From: Amoebophrya sp. A120
Taxonomy: Eukaryota; Protista; Dinoflagellata
Assembly: GCA_905178155.1 (NCBI GenBank)
Contig: CAJINV010000003.1
Location: forward strand, 8,538,799 to 8,602,798
Length of the DNA: 64,000 nucleotides
Direction of reading: 5' to 3'
Part shown: piece by piece, positions 11,230 to 24,419 of the stretch
How positions within the stretch are numbered: position 1 is the first letter of the stretch
How the letters are laid out: every line of letters starts with the position of its first letter
Notes under the pieces: generated by a model
Seen by the model: only the letters and a program-made list of their open reading frames with translations
What the model was told of the DNA's origin: nothing
Databases searched by the model: none
Position numbers and translations under genes: made by a program

Positions 11230-14082
11230 TTACAACTTGGTAGAAGACATGAGCAGGAGTGCCCCTGCTATAACAAAGAATACGAGGAGCTGAGCAGCCC
11301 AAACATAGTCTCCTCCAAAAAGATGCGATAAGGATGACGAAAAACTTTTAATAATATCATTTGATTATACCGTCCAGGCGAGCGTCCACCACCTACTCTG
11401 AAAGCCGATCTTCATTTATCACGATGAGAAGCGTCCCTGCCCCAGAGTCGGCTAGCTGCGAAGTGTTTGCACGGAGAAGCTTTCTACTCAATCATGCGCC
11501 CTAGCAAACTCGGGAAAGCTTGCCGCTTTGGACGAACGGTCAACAGCGCGCTTTCGTGGCTCAGTCTCAGAGTAGCGAGATCTACTCCTGCGCCGCGCTA
11601 CAATATCTAATATCTGCGGCATCTGGTGTCTGCAGAGCTGCATGATGCGGACAGGTTCTGAAGGAAAGCGCGACCGCCCTTAACGCAAGAGAAAAGGTCT
11701 CTACGGGGGTCGTGCGGAACCTGTGCAATGCAAACGCTTCGCTTGCTACTTTCTAGAGGCGTGGCACTTCTCAATTTGATATCATCGGGTAGTGGATCAT
11801 GGGAAAGACACAGAGCACCACCAGGGCCATCCCAATCATGACGGCAGGAGTATACCAGGCATCCTTGGGGAGGTTCATCAGCACGTTTCCTTGCAGTTCG
11901 TCACCATAGGTCATCATGCTGAAGAAAGGAACGGCATCGCACAGAAAATCTTCTACGCCAGCGCAAAAGCCCCCAACTAATCGTCCCGCACTGCTGCATG
12001 CATCTTCTTACCCTTTTTACCTGTCATGCTCGACAAAAATGGACATAAGTATACAAAGCAAGAGCTAGAGCACGCCTACGGTCGTAGGGCAGCACAACTG
12101 GAACATCATCAGAACGGTGCTCATTGATATACGTGATCACATGCTTGAGCTTGTTGTCAAGATCGATATGGTATGTATTACAGATACAGTTCGCAAGAAA
12201 GAATGTATGTTCATGTACATGTTGTAAAGGTTGATCATATACATATTGCAGCCATTCATCAGGAGCGATGCAGTCGACTCATATCTCGTCCAGTTCTTCA
12301 ACAGCTTCTTCTTCGATAAAAATTACTCGTCTGACTATACTGATATGCCACTTGCGAAGTAGACATCAGCCGCTGGGCGTGCACAACTGCATGACAAAAG
12401 GGGGGCGCTTAGATCGATGCTAATAGGCTGGGTAGGCGATTCTGCTCTGATAGAAGAGGAGAAAAAGGCAGAACATGAAGACGGTCGAAATCTTCATGGC
12501 CTTCCCGAATCGCTCGACGCTGCGGTTCTCCATTTCCTGGTACATGGCGGGCATGCCCGGCTGCACGCTGAAGGCCATCACGAGGGACGACATGAGGCCG
12601 AAACTACCGGTGTTGAGGCCGAAGAGACACAGATCCTGGGTCGCATACCAATAGCCTCCCGGGTGGCCTGGCAGCTGGTCCTTCTGCAGCGCGAAGTTGA
12701 CGAAGATGATGATCAGCACGGACAGGTTCACAAAGATACTGAAGTAACTGGTGTAGCTGAGCCACTTGAGGGGGAAGAAGACCAGCGGAGCGAGCTATCA
12801 AGAGTGAAACAATCCTCTCCGTCATGCGATTTTTCGTCAAACAGATACAGAATTCGGCTGACGCGTACGCGCCGCGTACGCAGCTTCGACGAGGAGATTG
12901 ATAGTAAGTAGAAAATAAACAAAGCAGTACAACTAGGAGCGGTCGAGGAATATCATGTCACCATGCTCCTGATGGTTACTTAAACTTAACGTTAACTCTT
13001 CTACTTGTGTTTTATTCGATGACAAAATCAAAATCTGCGGTGCGGTAGAGGATTGTTTTTAGTTTGATACTACCAGCAGTGCGCCGAGGGTGATCAGCGA
13101 GAAGAAACCTACCTTGAATCCGCCAAGGGGAAACTCCGTCCGATCCTGCGTCTCCAAATGCTGCACTTGGCGCGACAGGAGTGCGTCGGCGTAGCTCGTC
13201 TCCGGCTCCAAGGAAAGCATACTTTCCAGGCGGGTACGCATGCTCTCCGGCGCAGTCTCTTCGACCGGAACAAACCGATCCAAGATCCGGAAAACGCTGT
13301 CGCGAAAAGTGATCAGGTAAGACACTAGCACGATCATGTAGCTGATACGCAGGACGGCGGAGCACGTCCAGAACCATAGCCGGCCGCAGCGGACCTTCTC
13401 CAGCAGCTTGTCCATTTCCCAGATCTGGTGCTTCTCAGCCGCGCGGACGAGCCACATGACTGAGACGTAGTTCAGCCACATTAGCAGAGCCGTGATCACA
13501 ACCTGAAGTAGGATTGGTTTTCAATATTTCTCCATCTCCTGCAAGATCAAATTCTCCTACAGTACCGCCGCGCTTTATTTGCGGGCTCGTCGCGATGCAC
13601 GATGTCGCGAATAGTAAATTGATATTGTGCTTCTGCCAGATCATTTCCATTTGCTTATCATGCTTTCCTTTGTTTTTTAATCTCGTTCTACCTTTTTCTG
13701 CACGCAGTTCTTCATTTTTCATAAGAGCCAGTGCCAGAGCAGGTAGTTTCTATTTTTGATCTGAAAAGGCTCAGGCTGCGCGCAAGATCATTTACTTAAA
13801 AAAGTACTCCGATCGATTGCACTGTTTGGACTGATCGCTCTGAAATACAACTACATGAAGTACCGTGTTGATTATCCCAGCAGAAGTGGCGTTCAGGGGC
13901 AGCGACAGAACCCCCGTTCCTAAAGCCGCCAGAACCTGATTCGCAACAGTACCCCAAAAACTGACCGGGTGCGCGACCTCATCCGTCTCCATAGAGGTAT
14001 CTACTTCCGCGTCGTCGTCCTCGTCGTTTATGAGAATGCACAACTCGTCCCCCTCCGTCTCATTTGTCACGCAAAATATCAA
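11230..14082 (-). CDS. Transmembrane amino-acid transporter (AAAP/SLC38-like), multi-exon; both ends uncertain
   Basis: TM1 motif FWGTVANQVLAALGTGVLSLP, then ISYMIVLVSYLITFRD, APLVFFPLKWLSYTSYFSIFVN, MAFSVQPGMPAMYQEM and MTYGDELQGNVLMNLP...LCVFPMIHYP (11783-11930), in family order. Confidence 0.85.
12795..13070 (-). other. Introner-like intron in the transporter gene whose arms read GT...AG
   Basis: Minus strand GTATCAA...TTGATAG, 276 bp. Removal with or without the next 3 nt keeps the frame (GALLV-(L)APLVFF). Confidence 0.7.
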
Positions 14083-16981
14083 ATCTCTATCTCTCCCCTG
14101 CCCTGCATCTTAGAACTGCTTGCATATGCATAAGAGATTCCCGAAGCCGAACGCGAAACAGCACTAAAATTGGTCGTGAAGAATTTGCCATGTTGGGAGA
14201 CTAACGGCAGGGCGTACTTGATGTAACGAATGAGTGAACGACTGGCGGCCCCTGACGCACGTTGTCAGCCCGATGGCCTGGTCTGCCGGCCCGATTTCAT
14301 CCGACTTTTTTTTCTTCCATTAGAGGGTGCACAGGCAGACCATGCAGATAAAATTGTCGTGCAAAACTTATGCACACAATACATTGGCATTGTCATGCAG
14401 AAGCTGCTTCTTTCTCTTTGGCAGCGCTCGCATTGCTGTGAATGCCACAGCCATCCAAATGAGAGCGAGGGGGAGTTGAAGTTGTGCAATTTCATATCGT
14501 CGCTACTCGTCGATGCGGACTTCATAAGGTCATGCTCGATGTTTATCAGAGCGCACAACTCGTCCGCCTCGTCCCCGTCATTTAGCATTGGCAAGCAAAA
14601 CCAAAATACAACATCATCTCTAACGCATACTTATTTATTCCATTTATCTTTTGGAATTGAGCACTTTGTAGTTTTTGCATGACAACAAGTTTTGGAAGAT
14701 GATGATGCCCACGCCTTCATGTGATCCTGATCCCCCTGTGGAGATTTCATAATTTTCAGCATGAGCCAGCTACAACAGTAGGACCAGTTGAGGACTGGCT
14801 TATGTTGCTTCTCAGGCCCTCCACCTGCAAGTGACGGGAAGCGGGGCGGGGAGGTCCTCTGCACTCTCGTAATGTTGTTAGAGCCGGCGCGGGATCTTCG
14901 GGCCTGTCGAACCGGAGCTGCTGCGTTGCTGAGGAGTCCCGAAGTTGGGGACGTCTTGCTTGATGCGACTGCCGCTGCGTCAGCATTGATCATCGTTGAT
15001 GAGGACGAGCTGGCGGCGGCGTAGAAGTTGTTGTCAAAGTCCTCTCGTCCTTCTCCCTCCCCTGCTGCGGCGACCCGATATCGGCCTGTACCGGAGAGCA
15101 GCGTATGAAAATGTCGGGAGGGAAACTTTTATTTGTAGTTCTGGCAGCGGTCGTACTAGCGGAAAAATATCAAAACTTACAATTCGCAGGAAAGCTTGTC
15201 GTGGGCGTCTTGCTGCAACCCGAGGCGGCGAAGATGAGACTGAGCTACAACTATGCAGAGGCAGAGCCTGGACTAGAAAATTGAATGGCGTGCTGAATAT
15301 CACGAGCAGAATCAAAAGTCAAAAACCTACAGCTACAACCTAGAGCGCTCCGATACTTCTACTACGGTGAAATAAAAACCTGGGTCTGGGTGGACTGCGC
15401 ATGCTCACGGCATACGCGTAAATGAAGATTCCCATTTTGTTTCTCTATCTTGTGCCTGGAAAAAATGGGCGAAGGTACGAGCTTTCATTTCTTTTGCCTG
15501 AGTATGGCACTCTAACTTCATCTCCACCCGTGCCGTTTATGATAGGTTCCCAACCGACATTCCCATAGAGTGCCTCTTCTTGGTCGTCGAGAAGGTACCG
15601 CGAGTGCTCCTCCATCCTCCTCGGTGCGACTGCGGATCCTGCGCCGACGGTCCTGCTGCGCGATTGAAGATTTGTCCTCATGCTCGTGGCGGACCAAATC
15701 TTACTGATAATTCGCACCAGTGAATTAGAATTTGTGAAGCAGCGAATCTGCGCTTGCGACACGACAGAAGATGAGGATCTTACCGAGGTGGAGCAGATAA
15801 AACAATAGAAATACAACCAACAGCACAAAGTTTGTATTGCAAATAAGCTCTACTCGGGACAGCTCTTGGCGTTTTTCGATTCCGATGGTCGCACGGAAAA
15901 AAAGGGTTATACTTTACTTGTTGTGATAAGCTCTTCAAAATAAAAACTCTTAGAACACCGCTGCAATAAGATAATGAGGTATAATAAATGCTAATGCTAC
16001 TTGATGTTGATAAATCACGACTCCGAATCACGATAATCCAAAATAAACCTGGTCGCAAAAATATTGTGCAAAAGGAAACTTCATCTAACTACATAGAAGA
16101 CAATTTTCGAAATACATATCATCTTGCGCAAGGAACTAGTTGCTTGATCCCTATTATTGGTAATTTCATGAGGGAAATGACGATAGAGATCCGATTATGT
16201 TCATTTCGATCTGGTGTCCGGGGGATCTTGTCTTTGCTCTGTTTCTGCAGAGAACGGATCAAATTTCATTTCCGACACAGAAGGCGCAGCCGCGATAAAC
16301 GCTTGCATCCGAAGATCTTGAATTCCATACAACGAAATTTGTTGCAGACGGTGGTGGTGCAATTCTTTGACATGATTTTGAATCATATATAGCTCTGATC
16401 CTTGCAAGGCTGACCCCCACATCATCACATCATGCTTCAACTTGAGAAATTTCATGCATAAGCATGCCCATGCATGCAGCTCTCGGAAAAAAAAAGAAGC
16501 TTATCCTTATGTACACAGATCGCGTTGGAGTTGGTCGTTCATTATTCCGACAATCCTCACGATCACCGACTCCGACATCACATCCAACTTGATTCAGACC
16601 GAAGGCGAATGCTGAAGAACCTTTCACTGTCTAGGAGATTCTTTCACGTCGCTCGCGTTTCCGATTGTTGAGGCATTTTCATGAATGTGACAGATCGATA
16701 TCCGTTGTAAGTACTTAAGTAGGCAAGTAGGCCGGGGCACGTTGTTTATGTTTAGTTGACCGAATGAACCTGAGTGTTGGCCGCGCGCTTTGTAGTATAG
16801 GTACAAGTACAAGTAAATTCAGCTGCGAAAGCAACCGCCTATTCAGTTGACCGAATCTTCAATGGCGCAGTTTCTACTGTTGCGTTTGCTCCTTGTAGCA
16901 AGTTAGGACACTCACCGATAATGTAGCATGATTCTTAGCATCTGCAGCGCGCATTCATCAGATCAAGTTAATGGGGCTCAT

Positions 16982-17013
16982 CCTAGTCTAGTGTAGTCTA
17001 GTCTAGTCTAGTC
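16982..17013. repeat. (CTAGT)n microsatellite
   Basis: ctagtctagtgtagtctagtctagtctagtc. Confidence 0.8.
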
Positions 17014-18509
17014 CATGGGGCGGTCGCGGTGGCGGTGGCCTCTTACCAGCAAGCTCGATAGAGCGTGGCAGGGAGCAACGCGATGCTTTGCACCACGGGC
17101 ACACGACTACAAGGTGCAAGTCTTCGACATAAATCTAGGCGTCAAAAAATACAAAAACCAGCAATCATCACAGCGAGACTTTAGAAAACAGACTTTCAGG
17201 GCGGAAAGGAGGTAAATCATGACTTGGAGACCCCCCCCCCCATTTGACGTTGGAAAATGAATCGCCCCGTTGAGGAGCGGGGGCCGACATGTTACAACTG
17301 CGAGCATTTCGCATGCAAATAGAGAAAGAGATAGAAAGACATACTAAACTATACAGAAATCAAGTGGCGAGCTGTTTCTTTCCTCAATTTTGGCTGTGCA
17401 GAGGATCCTCCCTCCCGTAAGCCGTGGCGTAGGACGTTGCGCCGCCCGACGATGCGGCGCGGCGAAAGGGGATAGCTAAATGCTACGACCGAAAAAACTT
17501 GGGCGCCATGCAGCGCAAGGTTACCCGCAAAGGCATGCGGCAAGACAGGTACGTCGTATCTCTCCAACATTAGGGTCGGTCTAATGCTTTAAACAATATC
17601 TCAACTACATCGAGTCAACATCAATGCACAGTGCTTCCAGATGTAGATCTTCTTGCTTGGGACTCCGGGTCGGCAGCCTCTAGATCTTCAAAACACGACG
17701 ACAGGCAGCTGCCGGATTGCAACGTGCAAAGGCAAGAAGCACAGCCGCTGGAATGAAATAGAGCATTTTATTACCCTATCCAGACCACAATTTGAATTTT
17801 CATCATAATCTGAAACGCTTCACGTCCTCTTCCAAAAAAATCTTATGCCCGGAGGAACAAGGAAAGGGACAGGGAGCTAGTTTTTCCGCGCCGGTTCTAG
17901 TCATCCCTAATTTTTATTTTTATCCTTTTGATGGTTTTGTCGTCTATGTCCAAGACTGCAAAAAAATACGTAAAATAAAGTCGTGACGTCGAGTAGTAGC
18001 CGCTGGTGCAGGGTGTGCAAGTTATATGTTCTGTACCTGTAGAAATGCAAATAGATTTTGAACTAACAAGTTGATGTAACGTGGAAAGATAAAGTAGACG
18101 AGCAACAGCAATTCGAAGTAGCGAACTGCTTTGGCTTGTGCATTGTGACAGTGAGACTCCATCAAGCTATGCAATGATGTCCCTATGATACTTGTTCTAG
18201 GGTGCAACGTGATAGTACATGCTTGCTTTTTGCTTTCTCATTCTCAAAGATTTTCGTCGTGCCGTTTTTTTCGTAGTTCGTTCTGTGAAGGCGGGGCATC
18301 TTCTTAGGTGTGGTCTTGTATAATGTTATCATTTATCTTCTATCATTGATAGAAAGATTTAGACCTTATCTTATCACCAGCAACACAGCTTGATGAAAAT
18401 TGATATCACAAATTAAACTCATCGTCTTGATTGTCTCGTTAAGGTTCATAGAAACTGAAACTCCACACCATCTTCACTGTTCTTTTGCCCCGTTCGAAAG
18501 CACATCCTC

Positions 18510-21500
18510 TTACAGTTTTTTTCTACGGTCTAACATCTCCTTCGGAGGATGCAAGGAAAATTCCTTCCGGATTAATGAAGCAAACCACGATAATTCTTTT
18601 TCCTTCTCCCAATTAATATTGTTCCTCGCCCCCCCCGCGCCGGGGTGTCGTCGGTCATTCTTCGTGGTCGGCAAATGGATCGTAATCTTCGTGCTCCTCT
18701 CCCTCCGCAGCGTCCCCAAAGCCCTCCCGGTCTAAATTGAAATCGCAAAACTTTCGAAAAAAATCTGCCGTTCGGCTTGAACAATCCAGCGCGTTTGTGT
18801 TTGCTTTTCCTTTTTTGCGGAACTGCACGCACGAACCAAAAGTATTGCCTGTCGCGACCCTTGTCCCCTCTGTCGTAGGTGCGGACATTTTCTGACCTGC
18901 TGCTCCCCCTTGCAGCTAGGCAAAGGGGCCACGGCCTTGGCTCCCCTTGCGACCTTACGTTTGTGCTTATGCTCTGTCGTTTAGGCTCTGGCAAGGGTGC
19001 AGCTCCTGCTTTATTGATCATATTGGCAGCAGGCCTCACGGGGTCCGGCTTGCGAGTTTCGGGTGAGGCCCTCCGGAGGCTAGAATACATCCTGGGACCG
19101 AAAGCAGTGAAGTCCCAGCATGCCATCGCTCGCGTGAAAAAAACCTGCATGTTTGAAAAAGAGAAATTGGCCTCCCTCCCAAGGTCGAGGGTGCCTGTTG
19201 AGGCCCCCAAGGGTCTTCAATCCAGAGGACGAGATCGGCAAAGAGGGCTTTGTCGTGAGGGCAAAAACGAAAAAAGCTGCGGACTCCGCGCGAGGAGCTT
19301 CTGGAATGCGGGGCGCGAAGGTACTCCCGCTCCAAAGGCAAAGCCATCGCCTCGCTCATTCATGTAGGACTCGCGTTCTTGTGCTTTCCTGGTCCTGGAG
19401 TGTCACGCGACACGCCGCGCGCAAGTATTTGCGGCCTGCGCCTCGGATTTCAGAAACCCGAGTTTTTTTTTTGAAAGTTTTGAGATTTTAATTCTGACCA
19501 CATCATATTCTGCCTTGGCGGCGTCCACGAAGTCCTCCCGAGCTACGGATGCCGGCAGAGCGACCTCCGTGTCTTGAGCTGTATTGCTTGAGCCTCGTAG
19601 TGGCCCGGCAGCCGCGGTGGAACCTCCGTTCGCGTTGGTGTTGCCCTCACCCTCAGCCGGCACTGCGCTAGGTGGGCCAGCCTGTGGCATGGCGATACTT
19701 GCCAACGCGTTGAGATGCAGTTCATTCTCCCGATCTTTCTCGTCGAGCGTGTGGACTTCCAATCTGTATCGGGAAGAAAAAAAAAAGTTTGCCGCAGTCC
19801 CAGTCACAAAGTGAAAGTGGCAGGTTTTGATGCATGATAATAAATCTTTTTTGGAATGTTGCAAAACACAACTAGAAGGGATGCGTGTTCTTTGACATCA
19901 CACGACAGACATTTTGGCTTTGGAAAAATGAACATGCGTGGAGATCGGGATCGCGACAAACTTTTTTTGTCTCTGTATGCTGGATAGGTCGATCTTCGAC
20001 ATCAATGCCTGGAGATTGGGGCTTTCCAACTGCGGCTGGTCTGCCGTCGTTGTCGACGCTCCGGGTGGAGCCAGCAACTTTTCATCCTCATCCTCGTCGT
20101 TTTCGTTACTCGTTGCTCCTTTGCCAGAATGCTCGTGGACAATTCCCCTCCCCCCCCTACGAATCTCGTTGGTGGTGCAAAAACACGTATCCGATCTTTG
20201 GCTTTGGGCTTTGGCGCACGTCGATGCAGTATTGAGAAGTAGGGTTCTTTACCTGACGAGGCTCACGACAGGGACAGCCACATATATAGTAATTATACCA
20301 CCCTGGTGCTGCTATGCAAAAGCTGTTTCGGCGCCAGCAACTTAATAAACTTCTTGAAGATTGGAATTCCCCGTTTTCTTACTCGTCTTGGGGCACCTCA
20401 GAAGAGGAGGAGGGGGAAGCAAAAGCATGCCCACTCTCATAGCCAGGTGGCGGGAGGACCTGTGGTTTTGTCATCGCGATGAATCTCAAGAGGAATAGAA
20501 ACTCAAAGGTTGCATCTCTGCTGCGCTGGCTGCTCGTGCAGGTGTATGCTCGGCTTCTACATTTAGATTTACAATTCACTATCGCGAAGCCTGGAAAAAT
20601 TAAGTCTTCGTTCTGAACTGGCTCTGCCACTGCTTCTGCTTACGACATTTTTAGCCTGCCATAGCTGTAGTCAAGCTCCAATGTCCTCGACGAAGGACTC
20701 GTCATCGTCTTTTATTGCACGACCGAGGTCGGACACATAGAAACAACATCACAGATTTATCATTATCTTACTCACTTACACTTCACAGAAGAGTGCTGTT
20801 ATGCATTCGAATAAATCTATTTTCCTTTTCCGCATGATGATGAAACTAAAAATTTCTATCTCCTGAAGAGGTCGTGATGAAGTATCCTGCTTAATACCCC
20901 ATTGCTTAGCGCCGCCGCCGTAGCGGAGCTCGGACGGTGCGGAATCCTATGCAGTGCAATCATGCCCCCTGCCACGCCACTGGAAGAGTTCGAGTTCGTC
21001 TTGTTGGATCATGGACAGCTCATAATAAACCGGCTGCGCGCAGCGTGCACTAGGCGCACGACGACTTCTTTGGCAAGGACCTTACACTCACACACTTAGT
21101 GCGGTTTACCTTTTACTTTTATAAGGTTACATGTAGAATTTATATAGATATACCTAAACCTAAGTACTTGCCACACGCAGACGCTGCCTTCGAAGTTTTC
21201 TTATTGCACTACGGAAGTCATCTTCATCACGAGAGTGATTTTTGAGTATGTAGTGTACGTAGGCGTTGTAGTGCAAGGAGGTTTTCTTGCAGCAGAACTT
21301 AAGGCATGGGGACATGCTTTCACGGGATAACTCCTGAGACTGCTGCTGGAGCTCAACGGGGGCGGTAGTTCTATCCAGCGTAGAATGCCCCTCAGGCTCG
21401 ACCCCACTTCCTCTTCGTAATCGTAAAGCAGTACACCCACACAGACGCAGCTGCGTAGCGCAATTCATCAAAATAAATCTTCAACACACGACATCTTTAA

Positions 21501-23170
21501 ACCTTTTTTGCACGTAATTGCATTTGATGATGTAAGTACAACTTACTATTCATCTTTTTTCATACCAAGAATTGAAATTCCCGAGAACAAGGGAGATTTT
21601 ACGCAGCATAGATACGCCTGGTGGAGGCAGTATTGTCGAGAAGGTCGCATTCTTGCTCTGCAGTCCGTTCGAACCTGACGACGACGCCGTTGGGGGCGCA
21701 CCAACGCCATGGCTGGCACTTGTTGCCAGGGGAGATTTTATTTTGGTGATCCCCGCGCGGGTATCAACTGCAAAGGTATCAGACTCAGGTACATCAAATC
21801 ACATGATTGCTGTCTAGCTGTGCTTGTTGATCTTCTGAATGTGATGTGTGACAGGAGTGTTGATACAGAGTCCTTTTATTTTTCATTCTGGAAGACGAAG
21901 AATTCGCCAGCCGCATCCGCATGCAACTTGAATTTATAGAATTTTTACCCAGTGAGATACTTTTGCAAGGCATAGCGGGACGTGTTCGAGGGTGGCGGTG
22001 GCAGCACGTCTGAGGCTGGAGAAATCCGATTGCGCACTGAAGAGCTGGCTGGCGTGATGGCGGTGTTGTCTCTTTCATGTTGCGCGACCACTGTGGACCC
22101 AGTCGCAGCACTTCCTTGTTCCCCGGTATCAATGGAAAGGCCTGCACCCCAGCTACGTTTGGCATGATGAAGACCACGGTTAGCTGCACCGGTCGACGAG
22201 GACGTCGCTGCACTCGCAACGCCACCCGCAGTATGGCCGCTCCCATTCCAATGCAGACCATGAGCTTGAGCTTGAGGGGCTGCAACAGTGCCCGTGCTGC
22301 GTCCTCCACCACCCTGGCCGGTGACGCTGTGATCTCCACCACTTCGACTTCTTTCCGTGGCACCGGCGGCCTGCGCCTGGTGCTCGTCGGATTGTAACAA
22401 GGAGTCTCCGGGCGCGGGCCGATTTCGAAAAGGACCGTTTTTCCCCCCGTCGCTTACCTCCAGGTTGCGCACCGAAGCTGAGTCGTGGTCCATGAACTCT
22501 GCATGCGGTGCGAACTCTTGCAGCGGCAAAATCCCGTCCGGCGGCGGTTGCGAAAAAGGGTTTTGATTGTACGTATACAAGTGCTCCGGCGCGGAAGAGC
22601 CCCCGGCGGTAGCGTCGTCGGAGGACAACATCTCCGAAGCATCGTCACAAATAATATCACGGATGTCAGTATGGCAGTGCCAAGTGGAAACTCGTCAAAA
22701 GGGAAAAAAATGTCGTAAGTAGTTGCTGGACTTTCCGCACTTTTTTGCGGGGCCGGGAAACCACATACTCGCGTCATACTTGTTTCCAACTCCACCAGCT
22801 TCGCTCTTTGCTCATGTCATAATTCTACATGAAAAATCAGGCTTGTTGTCCGAGGCTTCATGTGGCCTCCATGCAATGCAGACGCTTTGTTATATTATGT
22901 TCATGTTGTCATTGTCAAGCTGCATCTCCCCGGCAAACTACCTATTTCCATTCTGTCGATTTTCTACGTGACACACTTCGATTCATAATCAGCAATCTGT
23001 TTTAGCACTGTATCTTCCTCCTGAAGATGGCCTTCAAGTTTGTTGTTATTGTTGCTGGTTGTGGTGGAGGACATCTTGTGATATAAATCTCCCATAAACG
23101 GCGTATCGTGTTCTTGCTGTCCCAACAGATCCGCTGGCGGAGGTGGGCCCCGACCGGCGCTCAGCTGTAA
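18510..23170 (-). CDS. Hypothetical low-complexity multi-exon protein; may be the 3' part of the neighbouring CSD gene
   Basis: GC-rich, Ala/Ser/Gly-rich minus-strand ORF segments (21945-22631, 19490-19770, 18655-18888). Exon structure not resolved. Confidence 0.35.
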
Positions 23171-24419
23171 TTTGAATTTTAAATAAACGCAGCTGCGGAG
23201 CCACGATGCATTTTTTATTTTAGCTTTTTAACACATCGAACTCGTCAGGTACGCAGAAAAGCGGTCTTCTCTTGTCTACTACACATCGAACTGGTGTTTT
23301 TTTTTTTAATTTTCACTTAGTAAAACAGCGCAAGTCACTTGCACTTGCCGACCACATCGCGCGGGGCCTGCGCCGCGATTGCAAATTTACTACGACCCGG
23401 GAATAATTAAGTCGCGCTTCAGGGTCGGCAAAAGAAAAGTTAGGGCATGGCAAAACAATGCCAATGAGATTGCTGGCGCATCACCTCTATCTGTGTGAGG
23501 AACACACAGACGCTCGAAGACTAAAGATAAAAAATACGGCAGGAGTAGCAAGCACAAAACTAAACGAGGGCACCTCGAAAAAAAAAATCCAGACCTACTC
23601 TGCCACAAATGTCAATGACGTACGGAAGTAATTGGTATTGGCTTCAAATCATCTTCAGTACCTGTGGTTTATCCTGTGCAAAAACGTCCCCGCCCCATTC
23701 TTGGTATAATGATTGAATCTGTAGTACTACTCACATTCAGCAAGCGAATGTCAAAAGAAGATACTAGGGCATACCTGCTATGGTATATCATGCAGCCCGT
23801 GCCTTCCTCGTCCCCGCAACATGAGTAGAGGCACACTCTGTAAATTGTTAACGTAGTGGTTCTGTACCTGTAGTGCAAGGACACCGGGGATTCCGCATTT
23901 CTATCCCAGTAAGTAGAACAACATGCTGGAGCTGCAGGCGCGACGGCGACCGCGAGCGGTTGCATAAAATCAAAATGAAATTAGGATGATTAAGGAAATA
24001 ACAGCACCTCATAAAACCAAAGGCACAAAAATGACGCTCTTCCTTGCTCTGGCTTTGCCCTTATTTGAAGGGTTGATATCTCGACAGAACCTATGGGGTG
24101 GGCACGTTTTTACATAGGATACTGTTGGTTCTGCAGATGGTGGCCTGTTGCTGCAGGGGGAACTGGCGCCGGCAGTGGCATAGGCATGTTTTTGTGCGCC
24201 ATGCTCTTGCTATGCGCACCAGCCATGTTTAGGGCGTTCTTGTTAGACGCACTGCCCGTATTTCTTGGCGTGAATTCAGTCCGAGACCCGATGTCTTCGA
24301 ACGAAATTGCAATCGGCTTGTTGTGTCTTTATAGAGGGCAAGTGAGCGATCTTGGCGATGAAACGAGTGCTGCTAGCAAGGCCTACTTTCAAGAAAAGCA
24401 CAAGTCGCATTGTGCCATG

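Noticed and set aside
11351-11782. Transporter intron with ATATCA/TGATAT arms as another example of the +3 rule
   Set aside because: Removing arm + 3 nt gives an immediate stop. The frame needs a different register, so it was not counted and is a possible exception to the rule.
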